From positions 938-64,937 of the forward strand of contig CAYPGQ010000014.1 in the NCBI GenBank assembly GCA_964410125.1: a DNA stretch of 64,000 nt, given 5' to 3'. Positions 55,914-64,000 of the stretch are shown here, in pieces. The position numbers were made by a program, and so were the translations under genes. The notes beneath the pieces are model-generated. The model saw only the letters and a program-made list of their open reading frames with translations. It had not been told where the DNA came from and ran no database searches. Positions within the stretch are counted from its first letter, which is position 1. Each line of letters begins with the position of its first letter. Origin of the DNA: an uncultured Eubacteriales bacterium (GTDB lineage Bacteria; Acidobacteriota; Aminicenantia; Aminicenantales; Aminicenantaceae).

Positions 55914-56930
55914 CTATTTTTGAATGAACTCAATAACCTTCGAAACGAACAAATCAGGTTCATCAACAAACATCATGTGATTACTTTCTTCAAGAATGAA
56001 ATATTCTTTTTCCCCGCCAAGGTTTTCATAACCTTTCTTCAGAAGGCGGACCGGAACCATGATATCTTTCGCGCCGGCTATGATCAAAATGGGAATACTT
56101 ATTTTTTTCACTTCATCTTCAATATCTATGGTATTCAACTCATTCCACATGGCGCTCGCAGTCGCCATCATTTTTTTCTGCCATTCCGGATTGATGTTTT
56201 CAATTCCGGTTATCGACATCACCTTTGACATTTGGAGATTTTTAGTAATTCCTTCCTTCGTTCCATTCAACATATTCATGATAAGCATTCGCCACACCAT
56301 TCCTTCTTGAAATGTCTCATAAGGAGGAGGGCCTAGCGTATCTAATCTTTCAAGTGCTTGCTGATTATTCGTTTTCTTCGCCAATTCTAGAGCGGTTTTA
56401 TAACCATTTTCTTCAAGAGAGACTGCACTGAAAGCACCCGCGGCAGAAACAAACTTCTCTATATTGTTATTGTCTTCATATTCTAATAAGTACATGTATC
56501 CGAGAATTCCTCCAAATGAATGCCCCAACAAAAATATTTTATCTTTATCGTACTTCTCTCGTAAGAATTCAACGACATTATAGACATCTTTGACAAACTG
56601 CTCGACTGTGAGCGTAGCGACCGGAACCGACGGAGATTTACATGTATTGCGTTGATGAAGATATCCTACAATAAAGTGTTTTTCAAGTTCCGGCCCTGCA
56701 TATGCCTGAAAAATCAAAGGGCCTGTCAATTCACCCGGTCCTCCGTGAAGAAAAAGAAGCACCGGATTATCGAGATTCTGCCCTCGCACTTTGATATATA
56801 ATTCCTCCTCCCCCGATTTTACGAAGAACTCGTCATCGATTGCATCAATTACTTCCATTGAATAAACGCTGTTTGAGAAAGCAATTATTAGAAATAAAGC
56901 CACAGGTAGGATTCTCATTTCCTCCTCCAA
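55914..56930 (-). CDS. Alpha/beta hydrolase (proline iminopeptidase-like), secreted
   Basis: It has an HGGPG oxyanion motif, a GHSFGG nucleophile elbow and a signal peptide. Confidence 0.75.
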   Translation of the reverse strand: MEEEMRILPVALFLIIAFSNSVYSMEVIDAIDDEFFVKSGEEELYIKVRGQNLDNPVLLFLHGGPGELTGPLIFQAYAGPELEKHFIVGYLHQRNTCKSPSVPVATLTVEQFVKDVYNVVEFLREKYDKDKIFLLGHSFGGILGYMYLLEYEDNNNIEKFVSAAGAFSAVSLEENGYKTALELAKKTNNQQALERLDTLGPPPYETFQEGMVWRMLIMNMLNGTKEGITKNLQMSKVMSITGIENINPEWQKKMMATASAMWNELNTIDIEDEVKKISIPILIIAGAKDIMVPVRLLKKGYENLGGEKEYFILEESNHMMFVDEPDLFVSKVIEFIQK

Positions 56931-57101
56931 ATCTTTAATTTTTCACATCTTTATACTTTAACCCACTATCCCGTTTTAATCAGCAATAAATTGGAAGTGT
57001 CGAGAGGAGACAGGAAAAATCCTAGTATAAGTAGGAAAAATAGACATTTTTTCTGCTTCATAGGCAAAAATACTCCTTTTATCCGATGTTACCCACTTTA
57101 G

Positions 57102-57196
57102 AGCAATAAATATGCCATTATTGCTTCCTAGGAGTTTCGAAGGCTTATTTGACAGGATGTGTCCGTTCTCGTACAGCTTATGTACACATCTGAACA
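57102..57196 (-). promoter_or_regulatory. Sigma54-type promoter (TGGCATATTTATTGCT, 57102..57117) plus dyad TGTTC-N6-GTACA (57181..57196)
   Basis: It has the same architecture and 64-nt spacing as 8724..8818. It lies about 170 nt upstream of the hydrolase ATG. Confidence 0.5.
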
Positions 57197-57216
57197 GAAA
57201 AAAATAAGCCCCAGAA

Positions 57217-59619
57217 TTATTCGTACTTTAAAGAGTCAACAGGATTAGCCAAACCCGCCTTGATGGATTGGAAAGAAATGGTAGCCAGTCCGATAAACAG
57301 CACGATTATTCCTGAGAAAATAAATATCAAAACACTTATATTTTCGCGGTAGGGAAAGGTTTGCAGCCAGTTTCGCATCACAAAGTAAGCCACAGGCCAC
57401 GCTATGGCATTGGCTAAAACAATCATTTTGGTGAACTCTCTTGAAATCATAAAGACAATTCCCGATGTTGAAGCACCGAGGACTTTTCTAATGCCAATCT
57501 CCTTTGTCCTCTGCTCAGCAACAAAAGAAGCCAAACCAAACAAACCAAGGCAGGCGATAAATATTGCCAGTCCGGCAAAATGCGATATGAGTTCTCTTAT
57601 GCGTTCCGTTTCTTTGAACTGGTCATTAAAGGATTCATCAAGGAAAAAGTAGTCAAATGGATGAATCGGATATATTTTATTCCAGGTCTTTTCAATATAT
57701 TTCATCGCACGACTGACGCTGCCTGGAGCGATTCTTATGCTGAGCATCCGGTAAGGATTATACACATCATCAGGATCAAACCTGATATAGAGGGGTTTTA
57801 TTTCTTGGGTGATCGGTATCTGATGATAATCCCGAACAACACCAATCACGGTTTTTATTCCTCTGTAACCTCCAATTTTTTTACCAAGCGGATTTTCCCA
57901 TCCGAATTCTTTTGCAGCGGTTTCATTAATAATGGCAGAGGCCTTTTGGTCGGCGCCGAATTCCTTTGAAAAATTCCTGCCTTCAATAATTTCCATTCCT
58001 AAGGTCGGAATAAAATCTTCGTCTACCACCAAGTCATACATCAATTGAGATTGATCCCTTGAAAATCCTTCAGGCAGTTTCTGGTTATACTGAGGATACT
58101 GGCCGGGGATGTCTGATGAAACGGCAACATTCACAATGTCAGAATGAACTTTCAGCTCATTTTTTATGGTTACAAGCGATTTTCTGAGTTCTTCATCCCT
58201 GAAAGGCAGGATAACAACCTGTTCTTTGTCAAATCCCGGATTTTTATTTTTCATATAATCAAGCTGCCGGGTGATTATGATTGTCCCTATGATGAGTACC
58301 ACAGAAATGGAAAACTGCATCACAACCAGAACACCCCTGAAAAAAGAATTTCCCGCACCCGTATTTGCGCTGCCTTTTAATACCCGTGCCGGCTGAAATG
58401 CGGCCAGGAAAAATGCCGGATAGCTGCCGGCAATCAATCCGACAAATACGGCTACGCCCAAAAGCGCCGGGAAAAGCCGTAGCATTTTTGAAAAATCGAT
58501 GGATAATTCATAGCCTGCAATCGAACTCATGGTTGGGAGTGCAAGTTCAGCTAATCCAAGAGCGAGAAGAAGCGAGATAAAACTGTAGAAAAAAGACTCA
58601 AAGAGAAATTGTCGGACCAGTTCACTTTTTTGGGCGCCCAACACCTTCCTCATCCCGACTTCCTGAGCTCTTTTGGCAGAGCGGGCTGTGGTAAGATTCA
58701 TAAAGTTAATGCATGCAATGATCAAAATAATTCCAGCGATAAGTGCAAAAATATAGATGTAAAGGATTGTGCCGATTCCTGTTTTTCCTCCGCTCAATGG
58801 TGTATGGAGTTGGATGTCGGCTAAAGGCATAAGAAAATACTCTATCGAAATCCCTAATATTTTAAGTTTTATTCCCCCGTACTTTTTAATAAATTCAGGA
58901 AATTTACCCTCCAGTGTGCTGGAATCGGTGTCTTTTTTGAGAAGAATATAGGTCCGAAAGGTATTCGAGTCAAAATGATTTAAGAAAGCATGTCCCTTGG
59001 GGTATTTTGAGTACAGAGTCTGAAACGAGCATAGCATGTCAAACAAGAGATGAGAGTTGCGGGGAACGTTTTTTATAACACCTGTAACAGTGAAGTTGTC
59101 CTGGTTGTTAAAACGAAGGGATCTTCCGATTGGATCCTTTTCGCCAAAATATTTCTCGGCGATTTTCTCTGTGATGACAACGGAAAAGGGAGCTTGAAGG
59201 GCGGATTTTGGATCGCCTTTTGTCATGGGATATGTAAAAATATCAAAAAAGGAATCATCCGCATACAATACCCGGGATTCATAAAACTTTTTTTCCTCAC
59301 ATAGGACTGCCGGATTTGGCATAAAGCCTATCCTAACAGTGTCTTCAACTTCCGGAAAATCTTTTTTTATAAAACCGGCTGAGAGCGCATTGTTGGACGA
59401 TGATGTATGTTCTTTGCCACCAAAACTGCCGTGTCTTTTAAGCAGATAAATTCTGTCCGCTTTGTCATGGTATTTATCGAAACTGAGCTCATATTGAATG
59501 TAAAGCACAATGAGAATACAGCATGCTATCCCTATGGCCAGACCTGCTATATTAATAAAGGCATACCCTTTGTGCCTCTTGAAATTTCTCAGAGCAATTA
59601 TTAAATAATTCTTAAACAT
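57217..59619 (-). CDS. MacB/FtsX-type ABC transporter permease (duplicated FtsX domains)
   Basis: It is 800 aa with the N-terminal signature MFKNYLIIALRNFKRHKGYAFINIAGLAIG. It has two 4-TM FtsX blocks with large periplasmic loops. Confidence 0.8.
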   Translation of the reverse strand: MFKNYLIIALRNFKRHKGYAFINIAGLAIGIACCILIVLYIQYELSFDKYHDKADRIYLLKRHGSFGGKEHTSSSNNALSAGFIKKDFPEVEDTVRIGFMPNPAVLCEEKKFYESRVLYADDSFFDIFTYPMTKGDPKSALQAPFSVVITEKIAEKYFGEKDPIGRSLRFNNQDNFTVTGVIKNVPRNSHLLFDMLCSFQTLYSKYPKGHAFLNHFDSNTFRTYILLKKDTDSSTLEGKFPEFIKKYGGIKLKILGISIEYFLMPLADIQLHTPLSGGKTGIGTILYIYIFALIAGIILIIACINFMNLTTARSAKRAQEVGMRKVLGAQKSELVRQFLFESFFYSFISLLLALGLAELALPTMSSIAGYELSIDFSKMLRLFPALLGVAVFVGLIAGSYPAFFLAAFQPARVLKGSANTGAGNSFFRGVLVVMQFSISVVLIIGTIIITRQLDYMKNKNPGFDKEQVVILPFRDEELRKSLVTIKNELKVHSDIVNVAVSSDIPGQYPQYNQKLPEGFSRDQSQLMYDLVVDEDFIPTLGMEIIEGRNFSKEFGADQKASAIINETAAKEFGWENPLGKKIGGYRGIKTVIGVVRDYHQIPITQEIKPLYIRFDPDDVYNPYRMLSIRIAPGSVSRAMKYIEKTWNKIYPIHPFDYFFLDESFNDQFKETERIRELISHFAGLAIFIACLGLFGLASFVAEQRTKEIGIRKVLGASTSGIVFMISREFTKMIVLANAIAWPVAYFVMRNWLQTFPYRENISVLIFIFSGIIVLFIGLATISFQSIKAGLANPVDSLKYE

Positions 59620-59661
59620 CTGCTAATTCCATATTATGTTCCTTCTCCTTATGGTTTAAAT

Positions 59662-59755
59662 TGCATTAAACATGCCAAAATTATCCCAGGGAATATTCAG
59701 ATGCTTTTCAAACAATTTGTATCATTTTGTTACAGCTAATGTTCGAAAGTGAACA
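59662..59755 (-). promoter_or_regulatory. Sigma54-type promoter (TGGCATGTTTAATGCA, 59662..59677) plus perfect dyad TGTTC-N6-GAACA (59740..59755)
   Basis: It ends about 40 nt upstream of the permease ATG, with 63-nt spacing between dyad and promoter. Confidence 0.55.
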
Positions 59756-59839
59756 AAAATAAATATTCCCCATATCAACTTTTAACCTGACTTATTCATA
59801 AACATGATTTTTTTAACGGAATTTAATGCTATTTGCATT

Positions 59840-59893
59840 GAAATCAGGGACATGTACCGATTTTCCGAAATCGGTAACGTGTCCCTTGATTTT
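59840..59893. repeat. Long imperfect palindrome (REP-like), copy 2
   Basis: It is the reverse complement of 3331..3384. Confidence 0.7.
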
Positions 59894-59949
59894 AATCGAT
59901 AACAAATCTTACTGCTTGTCCCCTGCCCCCTAATACTTAGGTGCCTTCT

Positions 59950-60621
59950 TCACCATAAAAATGGTATTAACTTATATTTGACATTTTCTGTGTATTCAGC
60001 GTATCCCGGAAGTTCTTTTTTCAATGTGGCATCTTCTAATACGGTTCGGACGATTAATAAAATACCAATAATTACGGAAAAAACTAATCCCCAAAATGTA
60101 CCCAAAGCAATCGGCGTTGCAGAAGTAAAAATAATATATCCAAGGTATCCAGGATGGCGGACATACTTATATGGACCTTCAGTCACAACTGTATGTTGTC
60201 GATCAGTTTGCAATCTTACCAAAGTCGAAAAGAATTTATTGGAAACCATAGACCATGTGAATATCATGGATCCAGAAAAGATTAATACTAAACCTGTAAT
60301 ATTTATGATGATATGGACATCCCCCGTCCAATTGAATCTTTGATCAAGTCCGGAAAAAACAAACATTAAAATTGTTGGGAAGATGATAACGGAAGTAAGC
60401 ATTCTGTCCCATTTCTTTACATTTTCTTTTTTTCTTCCACGTTCCTCAATTAGCTCAGCAGGTAGTACAATCAAATCGATTACTAGAAGGAAGAGGCTTA
60501 AAAGCAATGCAATCCAAGCCCATTTCCAAGATAGTGTCCCTGCGGCAACAAAAAGAATTGCACCTTGTAAAAGTAGAACGGAAAAGACTTGGACTAAACG
60601 GCGAATTATATCTTTATTCAT
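59950..60621 (-). CDS. Isoprenylcysteine carboxyl methyltransferase (ICMT/PEMT)-family membrane methyltransferase
   Basis: It has multiple TM helices and a GPYKYVRHPGYLG motif. Confidence 0.7.
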   Translation of the reverse strand: MNKDIIRRLVQVFSVLLLQGAILFVAAGTLSWKWAWIALLLSLFLLVIDLIVLPAELIEERGRKKENVKKWDRMLTSVIIFPTILMFVFSGLDQRFNWTGDVHIIINITGLVLIFSGSMIFTWSMVSNKFFSTLVRLQTDRQHTVVTEGPYKYVRHPGYLGYIIFTSATPIALGTFWGLVFSVIIGILLIVRTVLEDATLKKELPGYAEYTENVKYKLIPFLW

Positions 60622-60814
60622 ATCATACCCATCATTTCAAATCTTTAGGTTTTAGTGCTCCGATGATTTTTATATCTACCTAGTGGATGTTTTCCTCTCC
60701 GGCGTCGCAGCTTAATAATATCACCAAGGTATAACTTGATACCTTTTGGCAAGATTCCTTTTTTGAAGTTCTGCCAACTCACCTTTGAAAGGGAGAAAAT
60801 GGATCCAGGGCTAT

Positions 60815-61171
60815 TTATTCCAAGGCGAGTTGAATTTTCAGAGCTTGATCAATATCTTTCATTTTCTGTGCGCTAATATGTCCTATTGATTTGATAATTC
60901 TACGCTTAGCATCAATGGTTCTTATCTGATTGCATTGGGCTACACTGTCTTTATCCAATCCGGATTCCTCTTTTTTCAAATTTACTAAGCACGGATACCA
61001 TTTTCTTACGTTTTTTGCATCAGTGACAGGGATAATGTTGGTGACGGGAGAAAATTTATTCGCTATATCGTTTTGAACTATGATGCAAGGCCTTACTTTT
61101 CCCTGTTCTGATCCCCTGGCAGGTTCCAGGTCAACCAGGATAATATCGCCTCTTCTGTATCCTGAATGCAT
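60815..61171 (-). CDS. mazF: MazF/PemK-family toxin (copy 2)
   Basis: It is near-identical to 36726..37082. Confidence 0.85.
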   Translation of the reverse strand: MHSGYRRGDIILVDLEPARGSEQGKVRPCIIVQNDIANKFSPVTNIIPVTDAKNVRKWYPCLVNLKKEESGLDKDSVAQCNQIRTIDAKRRIIKSIGHISAQKMKDIDQALKIQLALE

Positions 61172-61422
61172 TAGATGTTTTCACCATCAACGAATTTAAA
61201 TTCTTCACAGGTTGCCCGGTCAAGATCTGCGTTGGCCAGATAACCTTCTTTCAATTCTTTCTCAAGTCTTTCTTTTTTTATTCGTTTCAACTTTTCGTCA
61301 ATTGCATCTCTTACGAAGTTGCTAAAGTCGACACCCAATTTTCGATTTTCTTTTTCAAACCGAGATATAAGATCGATTGGGAATATGATGTTTTTCCTTA
61401 TGGTGTTATTCACTTTCATCAT
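61171..61422 (-). CDS. Antitoxin of MazF (copy 2)
   Basis: Its amino-acid sequence is identical to 37082..37333. Confidence 0.65.
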   Translation of the reverse strand: MMKVNNTIRKNIIFPIDLISRFEKENRKLGVDFSNFVRDAIDEKLKRIKKERLEKELKEGYLANADLDRATCEEFKFVDGENI

Positions 61423-61494
61423 TATCTCCTAAACACGTTTTAATGTATCCGTTAAATATACATTAACAATACACATTTAGATATACATTGTCAA

Positions 61495-61612
61495 GACCCT
61501 TTAATCCTCGTTTTCGTCATATGCATGCATATTTAAAAACGATGGAATTGCACAATATTTCTCATCTATATATTAGGGAAGTTTGCTCTTGGATATTTTT
61601 CCAAAGTGAAAT
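61495..61612 (-). pseudogene. Degenerate orphan 3' end of an XRE-ImmA gene
   Basis: It occupies the same position relative to mazEF as 37420..37527, with recognisable nucleotide similarity. Confidence 0.4.
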
Positions 61613-61613
61613 G

Positions 61614-63080
61614 CTAGTTCGCCTTGGTTGGGAGGCCGAGCAGGCGGCGCAGCTTGTCGGTGTCGATTTTCGGCATCTTCGAAGTCGGCGAATTCTGTAA
61701 TCGATCGAAATCGTCGATAAGAGCCACGACCTTCATGCGGTCTTTCTCCCTTTTGACCGCTTGAAGGGGCGTTAGGCCACCGAGGGCCGGTAGTTTCGTC
61801 TTGGGCCACTTATTGAAATAATGGTGTTCCAGATTTTTCCTAATGGCATCCTGGATTTCAGGTCTGGAATTCAGCTCCTTGGATGCTTTTTCCCGGGCTT
61901 CGATTTCTTCCTGGGATAACTCCGGCATGTCGTACGGATCACGATAGAGCGTTTTTTCGTAAGCGATAAGACTGCGGAGATGTCCTTTGAGCTTGGAACG
62001 CAGCCGGACAGCTCTCTTCTGGGAATTGGTCTCTGCAATGAGGCGATCGCCTTGGATGTAGAATAGTCCTAGGACACTCCTGGGGGCATCCGGATATTTC
62101 CTGCTTTTGGCTTTCAACCAGGTCCATGAGTCGTCTTTCTTGTTGTATTGGTAGCTTCGGAGTGCAGAAAGCCGCTTCCGTAGGGCAGCCTCGTCTCTAA
62201 TGCGGAAATGAATTTCCGTGAGCACAAACTCTTCGCCGTCTGTGGTGACAAGGGTGTGATAAGGAATTTGCGGAAGGTCGGTCGTTTCCCCTCGGCAGAT
62301 ATACCAGGCCCAAAAAGGCGCAATCTCTTTCTGGGACTCGGCGAAATGTCGTTCGGGCGTAAAAAGCGATGCCACGGGGCTATTTCTGAAATCTTTTTCT
62401 TGAGTAAGGACTGCCCGTTTGAATTGTGCACCTGTTTCCGGCTCATAGACATAGGGTGTCGTATAAAAAATGGATCGGTCAGGGGGGCCGACTCTACGCA
62501 CGAAAAAGATTTCTCTTGACGCCGGATCGATTTCGAAAAGCTCCCGAACATGGAGGACTTTGAAGCGCATCCCGGTTCCCAATTCCTTTATTGTGACCAC
62601 ATCCGCCCTGGATATGAAAGAGATGATTTCGTAGAACGTAAGGTAGCTTTCGCTGAGCTGTCGAATGTATGTGGGGCCTGGCTCCATGAGGTCCGATATC
62701 ATGGGATCGGAGAGTAACCTTTCGGCCACCGTTTCTAGGGTTTTTCCGAATCGGAGGTCGAAGTACATCCAACTCATAAAAAAGCTGTCTATGATTCCTC
62801 CTTCTTCTCCTGGGCGGAACTGCTTTTCGAAATCCGAGACGGCTCTTTTTAACTCCGGACCGTCTTCGTCAAAATCCATGATTTTCTTTCCATACGTCGC
62901 GATGATCGGGATAACTTCCATATAATCGTCCCAGAGAGTGCCCGTTCGCTCAGAAGGAGGAAACCAGGATTCCGGAGTTTGGACATATCCACCCTGCGTC
63001 TGGCTGAGGCCGCAGCACTTTTTGTACTTCTTCCCGCTGCCACAGGGACAAGGATCGTTTCTTCCTGGTTTTTTGCTCAT
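61614..63080 (-). CDS. SEC-C motif protein with C-terminal DUF2384 (MbcA/ParS/Xre antitoxin-type)-like domain
   Basis: It has an N-terminal [13 protein letters not shown] motif and a C-terminal [18 protein letters not shown] pattern. The start could be the ATG at 63080 or a TTG at 63116. Confidence 0.5.
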   Translation of the reverse strand: MSKKPGRNDPCPCGSGKKYKKCCGLSQTQGGYVQTPESWFPPSERTGTLWDDYMEVIPIIATYGKKIMDFDEDGPELKRAVSDFEKQFRPGEEGGIIDSFFMSWMYFDLRFGKTLETVAERLLSDPMISDLMEPGPTYIRQLSESYLTFYEIISFISRADVVTIKELGTGMRFKVLHVRELFEIDPASREIFFVRRVGPPDRSIFYTTPYVYEPETGAQFKRAVLTQEKDFRNSPVASLFTPERHFAESQKEIAPFWAWYICRGETTDLPQIPYHTLVTTDGEEFVLTEIHFRIRDEAALRKRLSALRSYQYNKKDDSWTWLKAKSRKYPDAPRSVLGLFYIQGDRLIAETNSQKRAVRLRSKLKGHLRSLIAYEKTLYRDPYDMPELSQEEIEAREKASKELNSRPEIQDAIRKNLEHHYFNKWPKTKLPALGGLTPLQAVKREKDRMKVVALIDDFDRLQNSPTSKMPKIDTDKLRRLLGLPTKAN

Positions 63081-63313
63081 ATCAATAATGGGAATATAAT
63101 CCAAATCGTGATCCAAAACAAGCCCGAGCTTTCACTACACTCCTCTTTATTTCAAACGGGTTCCTTAGTTCCCAAAAGTTCTAATTCATCTCCTTCGGTA
63201 GTGTATGATGATGAAGGAAAAAGAGGATTCGTTGATATGGGGAATATTTTTGTCTGGAAATATATTGACAGAAAAACTCTATCTGCTATAATATCGGTAG
63301 TGCCGATAATACT

Positions 63314-63658
63314 ATGAGGTCAGGAATGAAAGATTTAACCAAGCTGGAAGAAGTGGTCATGATCGCGATCTGGAGGCTGGGCAATGAAGCCTACGGCGTC
63401 GAGATAAAAAAAGAGGTTAAAGAGATCCTGGGTAAAGAGTATTTCTACAATACCCTCTACACCACCTTCCTTCAGCTCGTCCAGAAGAGATACATCACCA
63501 AACATTTCGGTGATCCTACGTCTATTAGAGGCGGTAAAAGAAAGGTCTATTTTCAACTCACCAAAAGCGGTATGAACGTCCTGGAGAAGGCCTTTGAAAG
63601 ACAAAGAAAGGTCTGGGCGGGAGTCACCAGGGAATCGTTCAAAAAAGAGCAGGCCTGA
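63314..63658 (+). CDS. PadR-family transcriptional regulator
   Basis: The sequence EEVVMIAIWRLGNEAYGVEIKKEV...GGKRKVYFQLTKSG is a winged-helix PadR pattern. Confidence 0.8.
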   Translation: MRSGMKDLTKLEEVVMIAIWRLGNEAYGVEIKKEVKEILGKEYFYNTLYTTFLQLVQKRYITKHFGDPTSIRGGKRKVYFQLTKSGMNVLEKAFERQRKVWAGVTRESFKKEQA

Positions 63659-64000
63659 TGAAATATAAAAAGTCTCGCCCTCGCCGAATCGCTTATCGGC
63701 TTTTGACATGGATGCACTTCGCTGACCTGGATGAAGGATTTGAGGGGGACATCGAAGAAGATTTCGAAGAGAGAGTGAACAGTCGGGGCCGAAAAAGTGC
63801 ATTTTTATGGCTCTGGATTCATGCGATCGCGGCTGTTCCCAAGTTTATCATGCAGCTCACTCGCTGGAGGTTTTATATGTTAAAAAACTACCTCAAAATC
63901 GCAATCAGGAATATGAAAAGGAACAAAGGGTATTCCTTCATCAACATTGCGGGCCTTTCGATAGGAATCGCCTGCTGTATTCTGGTCTTCTTTTTTGTTC
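63658..64000 (+). CDS. MacB/FtsX-type permease with N-terminal prefix domain, 3'-partial (runs off window)
   Basis: Its start overlaps the padR stop in a TGATG. MLKNYLKIAIRNMKRNKGYSFINIAGLSIG matches the N-terminus of 57217..59619. Confidence 0.7.
   Translation, partial: MKYKKSRPRRIAYRLLTWMHFADLDEGFEGDIEEDFEERVNSRGRKSAFLWLWIHAIAAVPKFIMQLTRWRFYMLKNYLKIAIRNMKRNKGYSFINIAGLSIGIACCILVFFFV

Overview
This is a 64-kb window from an unidentified bacterium; I saw no rRNA, tRNA or CRISPR array. The flanks (about 1-15.9 kb, 44-53 kb and 55.9-60.6 kb) look like ordinary chromosome. They carry two sortilin/BNR-type beta-propeller proteins, a radical SAM enzyme, C69 and M1 peptidases, ogt, several oxidoreductases, a Tat-signal amidohydrolase, an esterase, MacB/FtsX-type permeases and PadR. 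From about 15.96 to 43.7 kb there is a visibly AT-richer accessory island. It opens with parA-parB and continues with a PARIS-like ABC-ATPase/DUF4435 pair, an internally deleted IS21 and a PHP-ABC-ATPase (Ppl-like). Next come a SAP/HeH-repeat protein with an Mrr-type PD-(D/E)xK nuclease end and an unusual HldE/PfkB-like + AAA+ fusion protein. The rest of the island is a heavily rearranged paralog array. It holds 3 six-bladed beta-propeller genes, 2 split metallophosphoesterases, 2 copies of an XRE-ImmA/IrrE plus secreted glycine-zipper module, many HicAB/MazEF/BrnTA modules and orphaned gene ends. The main signals not explained by ORFs are listed here. (i) A 4-copy, self-promoted, terminator-ended candidate small RNA of about 70 nt. 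(ii) Three sigma54-type promoters with a dyad upstream element at fixed spacing. (iii) A 3-copy portable TTGCCA-N15-TATAAT promoter cassette. (iv) 16-bp inverted repeats bracketing each glycine-zipper gene. All functional calls rest on motif reading by eye; no database search was possible.
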